DNA from: an uncultured bacterium
Lineage (GTDB): Bacteria; Bacteroidota; Bacteroidia; Bacteroidales; CAIXTV01
Assembly (NCBI GenBank): GCA_903922465.1
Contig: CAIXTV010000078.1
Location: 3,624-67,623 of the forward strand
Direction: 5' to 3'
DNA length: 64,000 nucleotides
A program made the translations under genes and the position numbers. Under the pieces are notes generated by a model. It was not told the origin of the DNA. It was given only the letters and a program-made list of their open reading frames with translations, and made no database searches. Below are positions 50,861 to 60,156 of the stretch, in pieces (the first letter of the stretch is position 1; every line of letters starts with the position of its first letter).

Positions 50861-50914
50861 GTCAAACAATGAATTATTGATGGGGTTAAAGCCTGTATAT
50901 CAAACTATAAAGAA

Positions 50915-50950
50915 TAAAAAAAAGGGCTGTTGTTTTAAGACAGCCCCTTT
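50915..50950 (-). terminator. Intrinsic terminator of the minus-strand sigma triad
   Basis: On the minus strand, GGGCTGT-N9-ACAGCCC is followed by T8. Confidence 0.75.
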
Positions 50951-50965
50951 AATTGTAAAATCAAA

Positions 50966-51574
50966 TCATTCATCATCGTTATCAATTCCTGCACAACGCC
51001 CTCCGCCATAGCCGGCACATAATCCTGCTCCATTACAAGGACCTTTTCCACCGCCATAGCCAGTGCCATTTCCCGGTCCGTTTCCATTGCCTTTGCCTTT
51101 TCCACGGGGGCGATCTTTTACTTTATTCATCAATTCTCTCTGAAATTCTCTTTCTGCTTTTTGCAGAATAGCTACTTTCTTGATGCTTATCACTTTTTTG
51201 AATTTAGCGAGGTATTCTTTTTTCAAATCTAGCATCTTTTGAGCATGCGTCATTTGGTTGTTAACAAAAGTTTCGGCTTCTTCATTGCTCATTTCGTCAA
51301 CGCCTTTTTGCCTTAAGGCTTTGTTGGTTTCCATCGATTCTTTTCCAATGGCTTCTTTCTTGGTTTGATACTCGTTATAAATGGGCCAAAATACCTTGGC
51401 TTCGTCAGAAGTCAATGATAGTTTTTGAGTGATGAATGCAATCTTTTGCGATTCGATTTTGTCTTTGATTTCTTTGCGTTTTTCTCCTTTTTGCGCCATG
51501 CTTAGGACCGAAAAAGAAAGAAAAATGATCAACAGAGTTGATTTAATAAGCTTTGTAATTTGTGAAGTTTTCAT
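50966..51574 (-). CDS. Periplasmic helical (LTXXQ/Spy-like) protein with Gly-rich, Cys-containing C-terminal tail
   Basis: Signal peptide ...SVLSMAQ and LSLTSDEAKVFWPIYNEYQ helical repeats. The tail reads GKGKGNGNGPGNGTGYGGGKGPCNGAGLCAGYGGGRCAG. Confidence 0.55.
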   Translation of the reverse strand: MKTSQITKLIKSTLLIIFLSFSVLSMAQKGEKRKEIKDKIESQKIAFITQKLSLTSDEAKVFWPIYNEYQTKKEAIGKESMETNKALRQKGVDEMSNEEAETFVNNQMTHAQKMLDLKKEYLAKFKKVISIKKVAILQKAEREFQRELMNKVKDRPRGKGKGNGNGPGNGTGYGGGKGPCNGAGLCAGYGGGRCAGIDNDDE

Positions 51575-51586
51575 ATTTATTTGGTT

Positions 51587-52084
51587 TTAAAGTTCATTTA
51601 TATTGTCAAGGGCATTTTCGTCATCTAAATAATCAATAACATCATCGATGGTGATGTCGTTTTCCTGTATAGTTTTATTTAGATCATATTTTTCAATTGG
51701 AGCTAAAGTATAATTTGTGCCCCTTATCTGTTTCGCCATAGTATCATCAGATTTGAAGAATTTCTTATTTGAATCACCTGCAATAGAAGTGTTGTTGGCC
51801 AAATAAGAAGAAGGCTGATTGTTTTGCATTACAATAAATATTACTCCCGAAACGATGACTATAGCAATAAAGGCAGTAGCTAATCGGTAAACAGGTTTCA
51901 CGAAAGCTTGTGAGAAAAACCCATGAGAGGGAGCATGTATCCTCTTATTGATTTGCAAGGGAAGCGATTCGAAATAATTTTCAGGAACCTCAAAAGGATT
52001 TGCATCCTTATTATTCAATAATGAATTCAACCCGAACTCTTCTTCAGGTATAAACTTATTGGTTGAATTATTATCCGCTTTCAT
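51587..52084 (-). CDS. Single-pass membrane protein, putative anti-sigma factor
   Basis: Called from its position after the sigma gene, the NPFEVPENYFESL motif and one TM segment (LATAFIAIVIVSGVIFIV). The alternative ATG at 52138 would overlap the sigma stop. Confidence 0.5.
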   Translation of the reverse strand: MKADNNSTNKFIPEEEFGLNSLLNNKDANPFEVPENYFESLPLQINKRIHAPSHGFFSQAFVKPVYRLATAFIAIVIVSGVIFIVMQNNQPSSYLANNTSIAGDSNKKFFKSDDTMAKQIRGTNYTLAPIEKYDLNKTIQENDITIDDVIDYLDDENALDNINEL

Positions 52085-52127
52085 TTTTATTGAATTTTGT
52101 ATTATGACTATTAATCTGAATAAAGGT

Positions 52128-52676
52128 TTAATTTCCATTAATAAATTTCTCGATTTTTTTTGCAGCGAGATGATAAGATGCCTTCAAAGCACCTACTGAA
52201 GTGCCAAGTATATCAGATATTTCCTCATAGGGCATTTCTTCATAATAGCGCATATTGAATACCTGTTTTTGTTTTGGTGGAAGTTTTAATAATGCCTTTT
52301 GCAAAATGTGTTCGGTTTGATTGCCCGAGAAGAAGCTATCATCTTTCAACGAATTTATCAAATGTTCTTCGTAATCGCTGAATCGCACAAAATATTTTAA
52401 TTTTTGTTTCTTGATAAAAGAATTGGTTTCATTTATTCCTATGCGGTATATCCAGGTAGAAAGCAAAGCATCTTCCCTGAATTGATGAAGGTTTCGCCAT
52501 ACTTTAATAAATACATTTTGGGTTATATCATCAGCATCTTCATGCTTAAGCACCATGCGCCTGATGTTCCAATAGAGTAGTTTCTGATATTTTTGAACTA
52601 TTAAATTAAAAGCATAATCCGAGGTATCCGCATTGCGGAACTTTTCAAGTAATTCGGAGTCGGTAAATTCGTTCAT
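52128..52676 (-). CDS. ECF-type RNA polymerase sigma-70 family factor
   Basis: Region 2 (DADDITQNVFIKVWRNL...STWIYRIGINETN) and region 4 (YEEISDILGTSVGALKASYHLAAKK). Confidence 0.9.
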   Translation of the reverse strand: MNEFTDSELLEKFRNADTSDYAFNLIVQKYQKLLYWNIRRMVLKHEDADDITQNVFIKVWRNLHQFREDALLSTWIYRIGINETNSFIKKQKLKYFVRFSDYEEHLINSLKDDSFFSGNQTEHILQKALLKLPPKQKQVFNMRYYEEMPYEEISDILGTSVGALKASYHLAAKKIEKFINGN

Positions 52677-52772
52677 GCATTTTAGTGTTCGGGTGGAACG
52701 AAACTCAAGAATAAGAATATGGCAGTATAAGTTTCACACAATAAGCACTTATACAACGGAGGCTTTGTGAAT

Positions 52773-53729
52773 TTATTTCTTTCGGCTAATTGCTTTAAGG
52801 GCCGCATCCACAATGTGATGAGCTTCGAGGCCGTATTTTTCGAGTAATTGTTCGGGAGTTCCACTTTCGCCAAATTTATCATTCACAGCAACCATTTCCA
52901 AAGGAGTTGGCATATTGCATGATAAGTATTGAGCAATACTGTCGCCCAATCCTCCATTCATCATATGTTCTTCTGCCGTAACTACACATTTGGTTTTGCT
53001 TACAGAGAGTTTGACTGCTTCAACATCCAAAGGTTTAATCGTATGAATATTGATAATTTCGGCACTGATGCCTTTTTCTTCCAACATCCGGCATGCTTCA
53101 ATGGCTTTCCAAACCAGATGACCTGTGGCAAAAATACTAACATCAGTCCCTGGATTCAATAAAACTGCTTTTCCAATAATAAAGTCCTGATCGGCAGGAG
53201 TGAAATTGGGAACTTTAGGTCTGCCGAAGCGTAAATATACAGGTCCGACATATTTTGAAACAGCAATGGTTGCGGCTTTGGTTTGGTTAAAATCGCAGGT
53301 ATTGATGACTACCATATTGGGAAGCATTTTCATTAAGCCAATATCTTCCATAATCTGATGCGTAGCCCCATCTTCGCCTAAAGTGATACCTGCATGTGAG
53401 GCACAAATCTTTACATTCTTATTTGAATAGGCAACCGATTGACGAATTTGATCATACACTCTTCCGGTAGCAAAATTAGCAAAGGTTCCTGTAAAAGGAA
53501 TCTTCCCTCCTATGGTCATGCCCGCGGCTAGGCCTATCATATTAGCTTCAGCTATTCCTGTCTGGAAAAAACGTTCAGGAAAGAGAGAGGCAAATTCGTC
53601 CATTTTTAATGAACCCGTTAAGTCAGCACACAGGGCAACAATATTATTGTTCCTTTGGGCAGCTTCAACTAATCCTGCGCCAAAACCCGAGCGGGTATCT
53701 TTCATTTCTGTGTATTCGAAAATATTCAT
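52773..53729 (-). CDS. Transketolase, C-terminal (pyrimidine-binding) subunit
   Basis: GIAEANMIGLAAGM and EDGATHQ. Length is 318 aa. Confidence 0.9.
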   Translation of the reverse strand: MNIFEYTEMKDTRSGFGAGLVEAAQRNNNIVALCADLTGSLKMDEFASLFPERFFQTGIAEANMIGLAAGMTIGGKIPFTGTFANFATGRVYDQIRQSVAYSNKNVKICASHAGITLGEDGATHQIMEDIGLMKMLPNMVVINTCDFNQTKAATIAVSKYVGPVYLRFGRPKVPNFTPADQDFIIGKAVLLNPGTDVSIFATGHLVWKAIEACRMLEEKGISAEIINIHTIKPLDVEAVKLSVSKTKCVVTAEEHMMNGGLGDSIAQYLSCNMPTPLEMVAVNDKFGESGTPEQLLEKYGLEAHHIVDAALKAISRKK

Positions 53730-53741
53730 GTTCTGATAGTT

Positions 53742-55133
53742 TTATTGATATAAGTTGATGCGGACAGTAGCCCCCGATTCAACTTTAAATTTCTTTTCTA
53801 TGGTATAAAGTGATTTATTGACAAACTTTGCACGAAAAACCACTCTATAGTTTCCGGGTAGCAGTATTAATGATTCCTGTTGTTCGTTTTCCCTTAGATT
53901 ATAAATCAATTCCAATTTATTGTCTTTTTCTAAAAACAAACCCCCATAACCATTAATTGTTTTTTGTATTACAGCTATACCCGGCATTGGGATTTCAACC
54001 GTGGTGGTAAAGCTTTGTTTTATATCTACATCGTTTATTTTCAAACGGGGAAGACTTAATATTTCGAGGTCGTACTTTCCGGTTATGTATTTCTCAATTT
54101 GATCGAAGGTTTGCACATTGATGGTTTCCATTTTATCCTTCTGACGGACGATGCATTGGATATCCTTTACGTTTTTGAGGCCACCACCCAAAACTCCCAG
54201 CTTAAGATATCCCTGAGGGCAACTCACCGGAATTATGGTATGTTTTCCTGGGGTAAGACTAACGTTTTTTACTCCGGTTGGAGGAATGGTATGCACTACA
54301 ATATCATATTTCAGTAGGGGGTCAATAGAAAGGGTATCGGGAAGCCCTTTTCCATTAAAAGTGTGTATGAAATTATATTTGATCAATCCTGAATAATTAT
54401 CAAAGAAAGTCATATTCACATTGGTTTCTGTGGGATTGTTATCCTCATCCAATAAATTCACCTGAGCTGTGGTGGAATTGAGTGCCTGAGAAATCACCAC
54501 ATTTAATGCTTTGGTAAAATCAGCTTCTTTTGAAGCATCGAAATAAGTCCCCACGCAATCAAATGCAGCTTTGAAATCTTTTCCTATTCCGATGATAAAA
54601 GGCTTTAATATAATACCTTTCTGTTGCAGCATCTTCGACACTGCACAGGGATCGCCCTGGCATTCTTCCAAACCATCGGTAATGAGGATAATTATATTCC
54701 TGCAGTTATCGCAGGCATTGAAATCATCAGCGGCAAGTTCGAGTGAACGAGCGATGGGTGTGGTCCCTCTGGGGATTAAGGCTTTAAGGACATGACGAAT
54801 TTTGGTAGTATTATTAAGTCCAATAGGCACTTCTAATTTTGAGTCGTCGCAATCCTGAGGTGGGAAATCCTTTTGATGGCCATATACCCTTAATCCAATT
54901 TCGAGAAAAGGAACATTTTTAATGCTATCGAGAAGGTTAGAGAGGAGTTTTTGTGCAATCGTAATTTTGCGGTCGCTCTGCCATTTGGCATACATACTTT
55001 GAGAAGCATCGAAAATGAATAAAATACGAGTAGTTTTATTGGCTTGAGGTTTTTCGCCAAGCACCTGAGCATTTGTGTGCCCAAGCAAAGCCAGCATAAA
55101 CAACACTATTATTCCGTTTTTAATGAATCTCAT
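53742..55133 (-). CDS. Secreted von Willebrand factor A (VWA) domain protein with C-terminal beta-rich region
   Basis: Signal peptide MRFIKNGIIVLFMLALLGHTNAQ, MIDAS motif FIFDASQSM and IILITDG. ATG 55133 was chosen because the track ORF start at 55217 overlaps the upstream gene. Confidence 0.75.
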   Translation of the reverse strand: MRFIKNGIIVLFMLALLGHTNAQVLGEKPQANKTTRILFIFDASQSMYAKWQSDRKITIAQKLLSNLLDSIKNVPFLEIGLRVYGHQKDFPPQDCDDSKLEVPIGLNNTTKIRHVLKALIPRGTTPIARSLELAADDFNACDNCRNIIILITDGLEECQGDPCAVSKMLQQKGIILKPFIIGIGKDFKAAFDCVGTYFDASKEADFTKALNVVISQALNSTTAQVNLLDEDNNPTETNVNMTFFDNYSGLIKYNFIHTFNGKGLPDTLSIDPLLKYDIVVHTIPPTGVKNVSLTPGKHTIIPVSCPQGYLKLGVLGGGLKNVKDIQCIVRQKDKMETINVQTFDQIEKYITGKYDLEILSLPRLKINDVDIKQSFTTTVEIPMPGIAVIQKTINGYGGLFLEKDNKLELIYNLRENEQQESLILLPGNYRVVFRAKFVNKSLYTIEKKFKVESGATVRINLYQ

Positions 55134-55143
55134 GTGTTTTATT

Positions 55144-55989
55144 CTAATAATCGCCCAGAGTAAGAGGGAGTTGTTGTAAAGCAATTGCCAACTGATCGTC
55201 ATTTGGTGCTGAGCCATGCCATTTATGGGTACCCATCATAAAATTCACCCCACAACCCATTTCTGTTTTCATGAGGATAACAATAGGTTTTTGTTTTCCG
55301 GTGTGTGATTTCGCAAGCAAAAGAGTATCGATAATATCCTGCATTTTATTACCATTTGCCTCCAGCACTTTCCAACCAAATGCATTCCATTTGGCTTTTA
55401 AATCGCCTAAGCTGCAAACATCATTTACCGGCCCATCAATTTGTTGTCCATTATAATCGATGGTAGCAATAATATTATCCACTTTATTAGCTGCAGCGTA
55501 TATGGCTGCCTCCCAAATTTGGCCTTCCTGAAGTTCTCCATCGCCATGTAAAGTAAAAACTGTGTGAGAGTCATTATTCATTTTCTTAGTGAGGGCTGCT
55601 CCTATTCCCACCGATAAGCCCTGGCCTAGCGAACCACTGGCGATACGTATCCCCGGAAGTCCTTCGGCTGTTGTAGGATGACCTTGTAAACGCGTATTCA
55701 ATTTTCGGAAAGTGGCTAATTCGCTTACATCGAAATAACCAGAACGAGCCAATACACTATACCATGCAGCCGAAAGGTGTCCATTTGAAAGGAAAAACAC
55801 ATCTTGCCCTTCTCCGTTCATTGTAAAACGTTTGGGATTATGTATCAGTACTTCGAAGTAGAGAGCAGTGAAAAAATCGGCACAACCTAAAGAGCCTCCC
55901 GGATGTCCTGATTGAACGGCATGTATCATGCGAAGTAGATCGCGGCGAACCTGAATTGCGGTTCGTTCCATTTCTTGAATTGTTAGCAT
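55144..55989 (-). CDS. Transketolase, N-terminal (TPP-binding) subunit
   Basis: HPGGSLGCADFFTALYF, GSLGQGLSVGIGAAL and GDGELQEGQIWEA. Length is 281 aa. Confidence 0.9.
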   Translation of the reverse strand: MLTIQEMERTAIQVRRDLLRMIHAVQSGHPGGSLGCADFFTALYFEVLIHNPKRFTMNGEGQDVFFLSNGHLSAAWYSVLARSGYFDVSELATFRKLNTRLQGHPTTAEGLPGIRIASGSLGQGLSVGIGAALTKKMNNDSHTVFTLHGDGELQEGQIWEAAIYAAANKVDNIIATIDYNGQQIDGPVNDVCSLGDLKAKWNAFGWKVLEANGNKMQDIIDTLLLAKSHTGKQKPIVILMKTEMGCGVNFMMGTHKWHGSAPNDDQLAIALQQLPLTLGDY

Positions 55990-56215
55990 AAGGTGATATT
56001 AAATTCGTTTCAAAATTACATCAAAATCTAGTGCAATATTTCGATTTGTTTATAAAAAGTGAAAAAAAGTAGTAAAACGACAAAGTCTGCATACTTGTTA
56101 AACAGCCGATAAGAGGGCAAATTATTAGCATTGTGAGGCACTAATGAATATTATTGTAATTTTACTTCAAATATTATCAACTCTTTTTTCTCCTATTTAT
56201 TGTATCTTTCAATTG

Positions 56216-57124
56216 ATGAAAAAAACACTTTTACTCCAAATCATTGCCATAATCACTGGAGTGGTATATATTGTTTCAGGCATAGGGAAAGCCTTTAACA
56301 CCACCGCTTTTGCTTATATTATTTACGAATATCATTTCGGATATGCCTTTCTTGTAGCTCCCGTCATTCCTGTAATTGAAGTCTTATTGGGATTGATGTT
56401 GGCTTTTAGAATTTATCCTCGTTTTGCAGCAATTACTTCGGTGGTGATGCTCACAGTTTTTACTATCATATATGCTTATGGCTATTGGGTTCATCAAATT
56501 GAAGACTGTGGTTGTTTTGGTGAAATTAAGGCTTTGCAACTTTCGCCTTGGGTGACTTTCACACGCAATATACTACTGCTAGCCATGAGTGTTTTCATCG
56601 CATTGAAATCCTCTGCCGAAAAACACAGGAATATTACACCTTGGAAAGTTTGGATAGTTTTTCCAATGATTATTGCCGTTTCTCTCCTTTCAGGATTCTC
56701 GTTTAAACTCACTGCCGAAGAAGCCGATACAACCCATCCCTGGCAAGGAAAAGCCGTTAAGGACACCCAACTTCCTTTGTTTATTCACACAAGACCCGAT
56801 TCAACTTATCTATGCTTTGTTTTCTCATGGAAATGTCAGCATTGCTGGAATTCTATCGAAAATGTGAAGAGCTTTAAAACCTATCATGTGGTCGATACCA
56901 TTATCGGCATTTCGCTTCACGATGACAAGAATGAGGCCCGCACACGTAAGTATTTCGACATTAACTTCCCTGTAATAAAAACCTCACGCGATTCGACAAG
57001 GATGCTTACGGAGGTTTTCCCAACCATGTTCATTATCAGCAACGATACCATCAAGGTAGCTTATCAAAGTGAAATCCCATCTCATCTCACTTTATTGGGT
57101 GCTTCATTCGCAAAGGACAAATAA
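56216..57124 (+). CDS. MauE/DoxX-family membrane domain fused to a thioredoxin-like CxxC domain
   Basis: Four TM helices with the DCGCFG motif, then a soluble region with WKCQHCW. The ATG at 56216 (MKKTLLL) is preferred over 56144. Confidence 0.6.
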   Translation: MKKTLLLQIIAIITGVVYIVSGIGKAFNTTAFAYIIYEYHFGYAFLVAPVIPVIEVLLGLMLAFRIYPRFAAITSVVMLTVFTIIYAYGYWVHQIEDCGCFGEIKALQLSPWVTFTRNILLLAMSVFIALKSSAEKHRNITPWKVWIVFPMIIAVSLLSGFSFKLTAEEADTTHPWQGKAVKDTQLPLFIHTRPDSTYLCFVFSWKCQHCWNSIENVKSFKTYHVVDTIIGISLHDDKNEARTRKYFDINFPVIKTSRDSTRMLTEVFPTMFIISNDTIKVAYQSEIPSHLTLLGASFAKDK

Positions 57125-57188
57125 TGATGCTCATCTTGCAAATACAAAAGGGAAGACCTTCCATACATAAGAAAAAACAAGGCATAAG

Positions 57189-57250
57189 CCCTTGGGGCTT
57201 GGCATTTGGGGCTTGGGACTTGGGTCTTAAACCTTGCTTCCTAGGTCTTT
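57189..57250. repeat. Heptamer array (CCCTTGG GGCTTGG CATTTGG GGCTTGG GACTTGG GTCTTAA ACCTTGC TTCCTAG GTCTT)
   Basis: 7-bp period read directly. It shares GACTTGGGTCTT-like units with 14211-14250. Confidence 0.8.
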
Positions 57251-57290
57251 TTTCTCACAACAATTGTTATTAACTCCGAAATCAACATAA

Positions 57291-58358
57291 ATGAAATCCT
57301 TTTCTGCCCGCCTCGAAAAGTGGTATCTTGAGCATCAGCGCGACTTGCCATGGCGCAAGACCCGCGACCCCTATTTGATTTGGATATCAGAAATAATCTT
57401 TCAACAGACTCGCATCAACCAGGGTTTCGAGTATTACCAGCGATTTGTTGAAGCCTTTCCAAATGTGGCTAGCTTGGCCGGGGCCGATGAAGCGGCTGTC
57501 TTGAAACAATGGCAAGGACTTGGTTATTACTCGAGGGCACGCAATATTTATAAAGCCGCTCAAATTATTATTGAAAAGCATCAAGGGGTTTTCCCTGACA
57601 CCCTTGAAGACATTAGAAAGCTACCCGGAATTGGGGAATATACAGCCGCAGCTATTGCTTCTTTTGCCTTTATGCAGGTCTTTCCGGTTGTCGATGGAAA
57701 TGTCATCCGTTTCATCAGCCGGCTCTATGGCTTAGAAAGTCTCTTTACGACAGATGCCGCCAAAAAAGAACTCTATGTCTTGCTCAATACCCTTATCGAC
57801 CCTCAAAAGCCCGACATCTTTAATAATGCCATTATGGAATTCGGGGCTTTGCAATGCAAGCCGGCTTCTCCCGATTGTAAAAAATGTGTTTTTCAGGCTG
57901 AATGTGTGGCTTTAAAACAAAAGCGTGTTGACGAACTACCCTTAAAGTTGAAAAAGAAAAGCAACCCCATCGTTTTCCTGAATTATCTTATGTTCATTTC
58001 TGAAGAAAATAAAGAGCAGCTTACTTGGTTGCGTAAGCGCAGCGATATGGGGATTTGGCAAAATCTCTACGATTTCCCCTGTCTTGAAAGCGACCAAAAA
58101 CTCAGTTTTAAACAGTTCGAGCAACAAGAGTTTTTCAAAGACATCGTTTCGAAAACACCTTATCATCATATTAAAACAAGTGCAAAGCACATACACAAAC
58201 TTACCCACAAAACATTTTATGCCTATTTTCATGCGGTGGAGTTTGACAATGAAGTGCCCAAAACCTTAGCGCATCTTCATAAGACTTCTACCGATAAGCT
58301 TCACGACTTTCCTGTGTCGAGACTAATGGAGATTTTTCTGGAGGAAAATGGGTTTTAG
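57291..58358 (+). CDS. mutY: A/G-specific adenine DNA glycosylase
   Basis: LPWRKTRDPYLIWISEIIFQQTRI, an HhH-GPD region, the Fe-S cluster loop CKPASPDCKKCVFQAEC and a NUDIX-like C-domain. Confidence 0.9.
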   Translation: MKSFSARLEKWYLEHQRDLPWRKTRDPYLIWISEIIFQQTRINQGFEYYQRFVEAFPNVASLAGADEAAVLKQWQGLGYYSRARNIYKAAQIIIEKHQGVFPDTLEDIRKLPGIGEYTAAAIASFAFMQVFPVVDGNVIRFISRLYGLESLFTTDAAKKELYVLLNTLIDPQKPDIFNNAIMEFGALQCKPASPDCKKCVFQAECVALKQKRVDELPLKLKKKSNPIVFLNYLMFISEENKEQLTWLRKRSDMGIWQNLYDFPCLESDQKLSFKQFEQQEFFKDIVSKTPYHHIKTSAKHIHKLTHKTFYAYFHAVEFDNEVPKTLAHLHKTSTDKLHDFPVSRLMEIFLEENGF

Positions 58359-58464
58359 TTGTATTTACTAATTGAACTTCAGCAATTATTATTTTTTTGT
58401 TTGTAATAGTTTATAAACAGATTAATTTGTAATTTTACATCGGTCAAATAAAAATCTTTTTATC

Positions 58465-59061
58465 ATGCTTCATCATTTAAGACATACACCGTGTCTTTTG
58501 TACAAGATGCGATTTCAGGAAAACCTACTAAAAATGGGTTTGAAGCCCGTAATAGTGAAAGCGGTGCAAATTGAGATTGACGGGGAGATTAGTGAGGAGG
58601 CACTTATGGAGCTACAACATTGCATGACCGACTTGCGGCATGAGGAAAAACATGAGCCAGAAGTTTTGCTTGTTCGGAAAACTATTGAGCTTATTTTAAA
58701 TGCTTTTGAATCAGAGGATTTAATGCCTCCCAAAAGCTTTACAAAGACAATTAAACATAATATATATCACGATTACACCCATGTTGCAAAGCTTTTTTCG
58801 AGACTGATGGAGATTCCTCTGAAAAAGTTTATTGAAAAAGTAAGAATAGAAAAAGTAAAAGATTATATAAACAAAACCCCTTTAAGTTTAACTGAAATTG
58901 CCGATAAGTTGAATTTTTCGAATCAGGGGCATCTTTCATTACAATTTAAGGAACATACCGGCATTTCACCAAGGGAGTTCAGGGCTATTGTGAAAACGAT
59001 AGAGCATGATTGTAAAAATTCATTACAAGAAAATTGTAAGGATTTGGGACTTACGTTATAA
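58465..59061 (+). CDS. AraC-family transcriptional regulator (short Bacteroidota type)
   Basis: C-terminal HTH LSLTEIADKLNFSNQGHLSLQFKEHTGISPREFR. The N-terminal small domain resembles the common roughly 190-aa Bacteroidota AraC family. Confidence 0.75.
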   Translation: MLHHLRHTPCLLYKMRFQENLLKMGLKPVIVKAVQIEIDGEISEEALMELQHCMTDLRHEEKHEPEVLLVRKTIELILNAFESEDLMPPKSFTKTIKHNIYHDYTHVAKLFSRLMEIPLKKFIEKVRIEKVKDYINKTPLSLTEIADKLNFSNQGHLSLQFKEHTGISPREFRAIVKTIEHDCKNSLQENCKDLGLTL

Positions 59062-59350
59062 ATTATAAATGCTTGATGCTATTTGTTATAGTCTAGTTTT
59101 TATTTAATTAGCCGCATTAAGTCATTTTAAAAAATCCAAAGACCTAAAGCAGACGATTATCTAATTTTGACTGTGTAATAAGGGCTTTGCATTTGGGCAT
59201 GGGGTTTTAAAACTTACAGGAATAGTCGCCTTTTTTTTTATTGAAAAAAAACGGTTTTATATAAATAAAAAACGGAAATTTACATAAATATTACAACTTT
59301 CAGATGTAGATTTGCTACATCATTATTTTTAACCATTAAATACCAAAATC

Positions 59351-60004
59351 ATGACAGTAATTATTCTTTACGAACCTGTTTTACATTGCGATGGCCGTGA
59401 CAGCAGTGAGGTTTATGCACTTGGAGTCAAGATGATAAATGGAGTTTATTATTATGACGGAATATTTCCCGAGCCAACTGTAACTCGTGCTGTATTTGAA
59501 CCTTCATTGGAAAAACTAAAAAACCTGATTACGGTAGCAAAAGGCAATCACGACAAAATATTGGAACGCAATGCCCAGTCAGCTGTAGTATTTGGCTATA
59601 TTAAACAATTGTTGATCTACGTTAAACCTATTTGCGGCAACGAGATTGAACTAATAAATAAATCAGGTTTCGATTCAAACAATCCGAAATCACCTCACGG
59701 CTTGGCCGATAAAGCTGTGATTAAGAGAATAGTGAGAGGGGTCGACCCCCACACTGCAAAAGTGATGCTTGCAAAATTAACGGGTTTAGAAAAACATAAA
59801 AGAGAAGCCCGAACCTTCACAGTTTATGTTTTCGATTCGATGGAAACTGAAGAATATAAAATTGGATGCGTTGAATCAGATTCGCACAAGCTTATCGTAA
59901 AAAATGTTCCCTATCTGATAGCCAAATATTATGCAGTTGGAATTCAAAATGCTGCTGGTAAAAATGAATTATCTGATAAGATAAAATTTACATTGACCGA
60001 CTAA
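59351..60004 (+). CDS. Hypothetical protein (217 aa), no family recognised
   Basis: Long ORF with normal composition. The C-terminal roughly 90 aa may be FN3/beta-sandwich-like (YYAVGIQNAAGKNELSDKIKFTL), but this is a weak impression. Confidence 0.5.
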   Translation: MTVIILYEPVLHCDGRDSSEVYALGVKMINGVYYYDGIFPEPTVTRAVFEPSLEKLKNLITVAKGNHDKILERNAQSAVVFGYIKQLLIYVKPICGNEIELINKSGFDSNNPKSPHGLADKAVIKRIVRGVDPHTAKVMLAKLTGLEKHKREARTFTVYVFDSMETEEYKIGCVESDSHKLIVKNVPYLIAKYYAVGIQNAAGKNELSDKIKFTLTD

Positions 60005-60156
60005 GTTCTATTTTGGGACGTTTAAAAAATTCAATCATACAAAGCAATAAAGGGGTGTAGAAAAGAAATTCTATGCCCCTTTGTTTTTATTCGATGTTAG
60101 GGCTTAACAAATTTAATGTAATACGATTGAGTTTTTCCGTCATGACTTTAGCAAAT

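Noticed and set aside
53742-55217. Long form of the VWA ORF (491 aa)
   Set aside because: The first 28 codons overlap the 3' end of the transketolase N-subunit gene and do not resemble a signal peptide. The internal ATG at 55133 gives a clean signal peptide.
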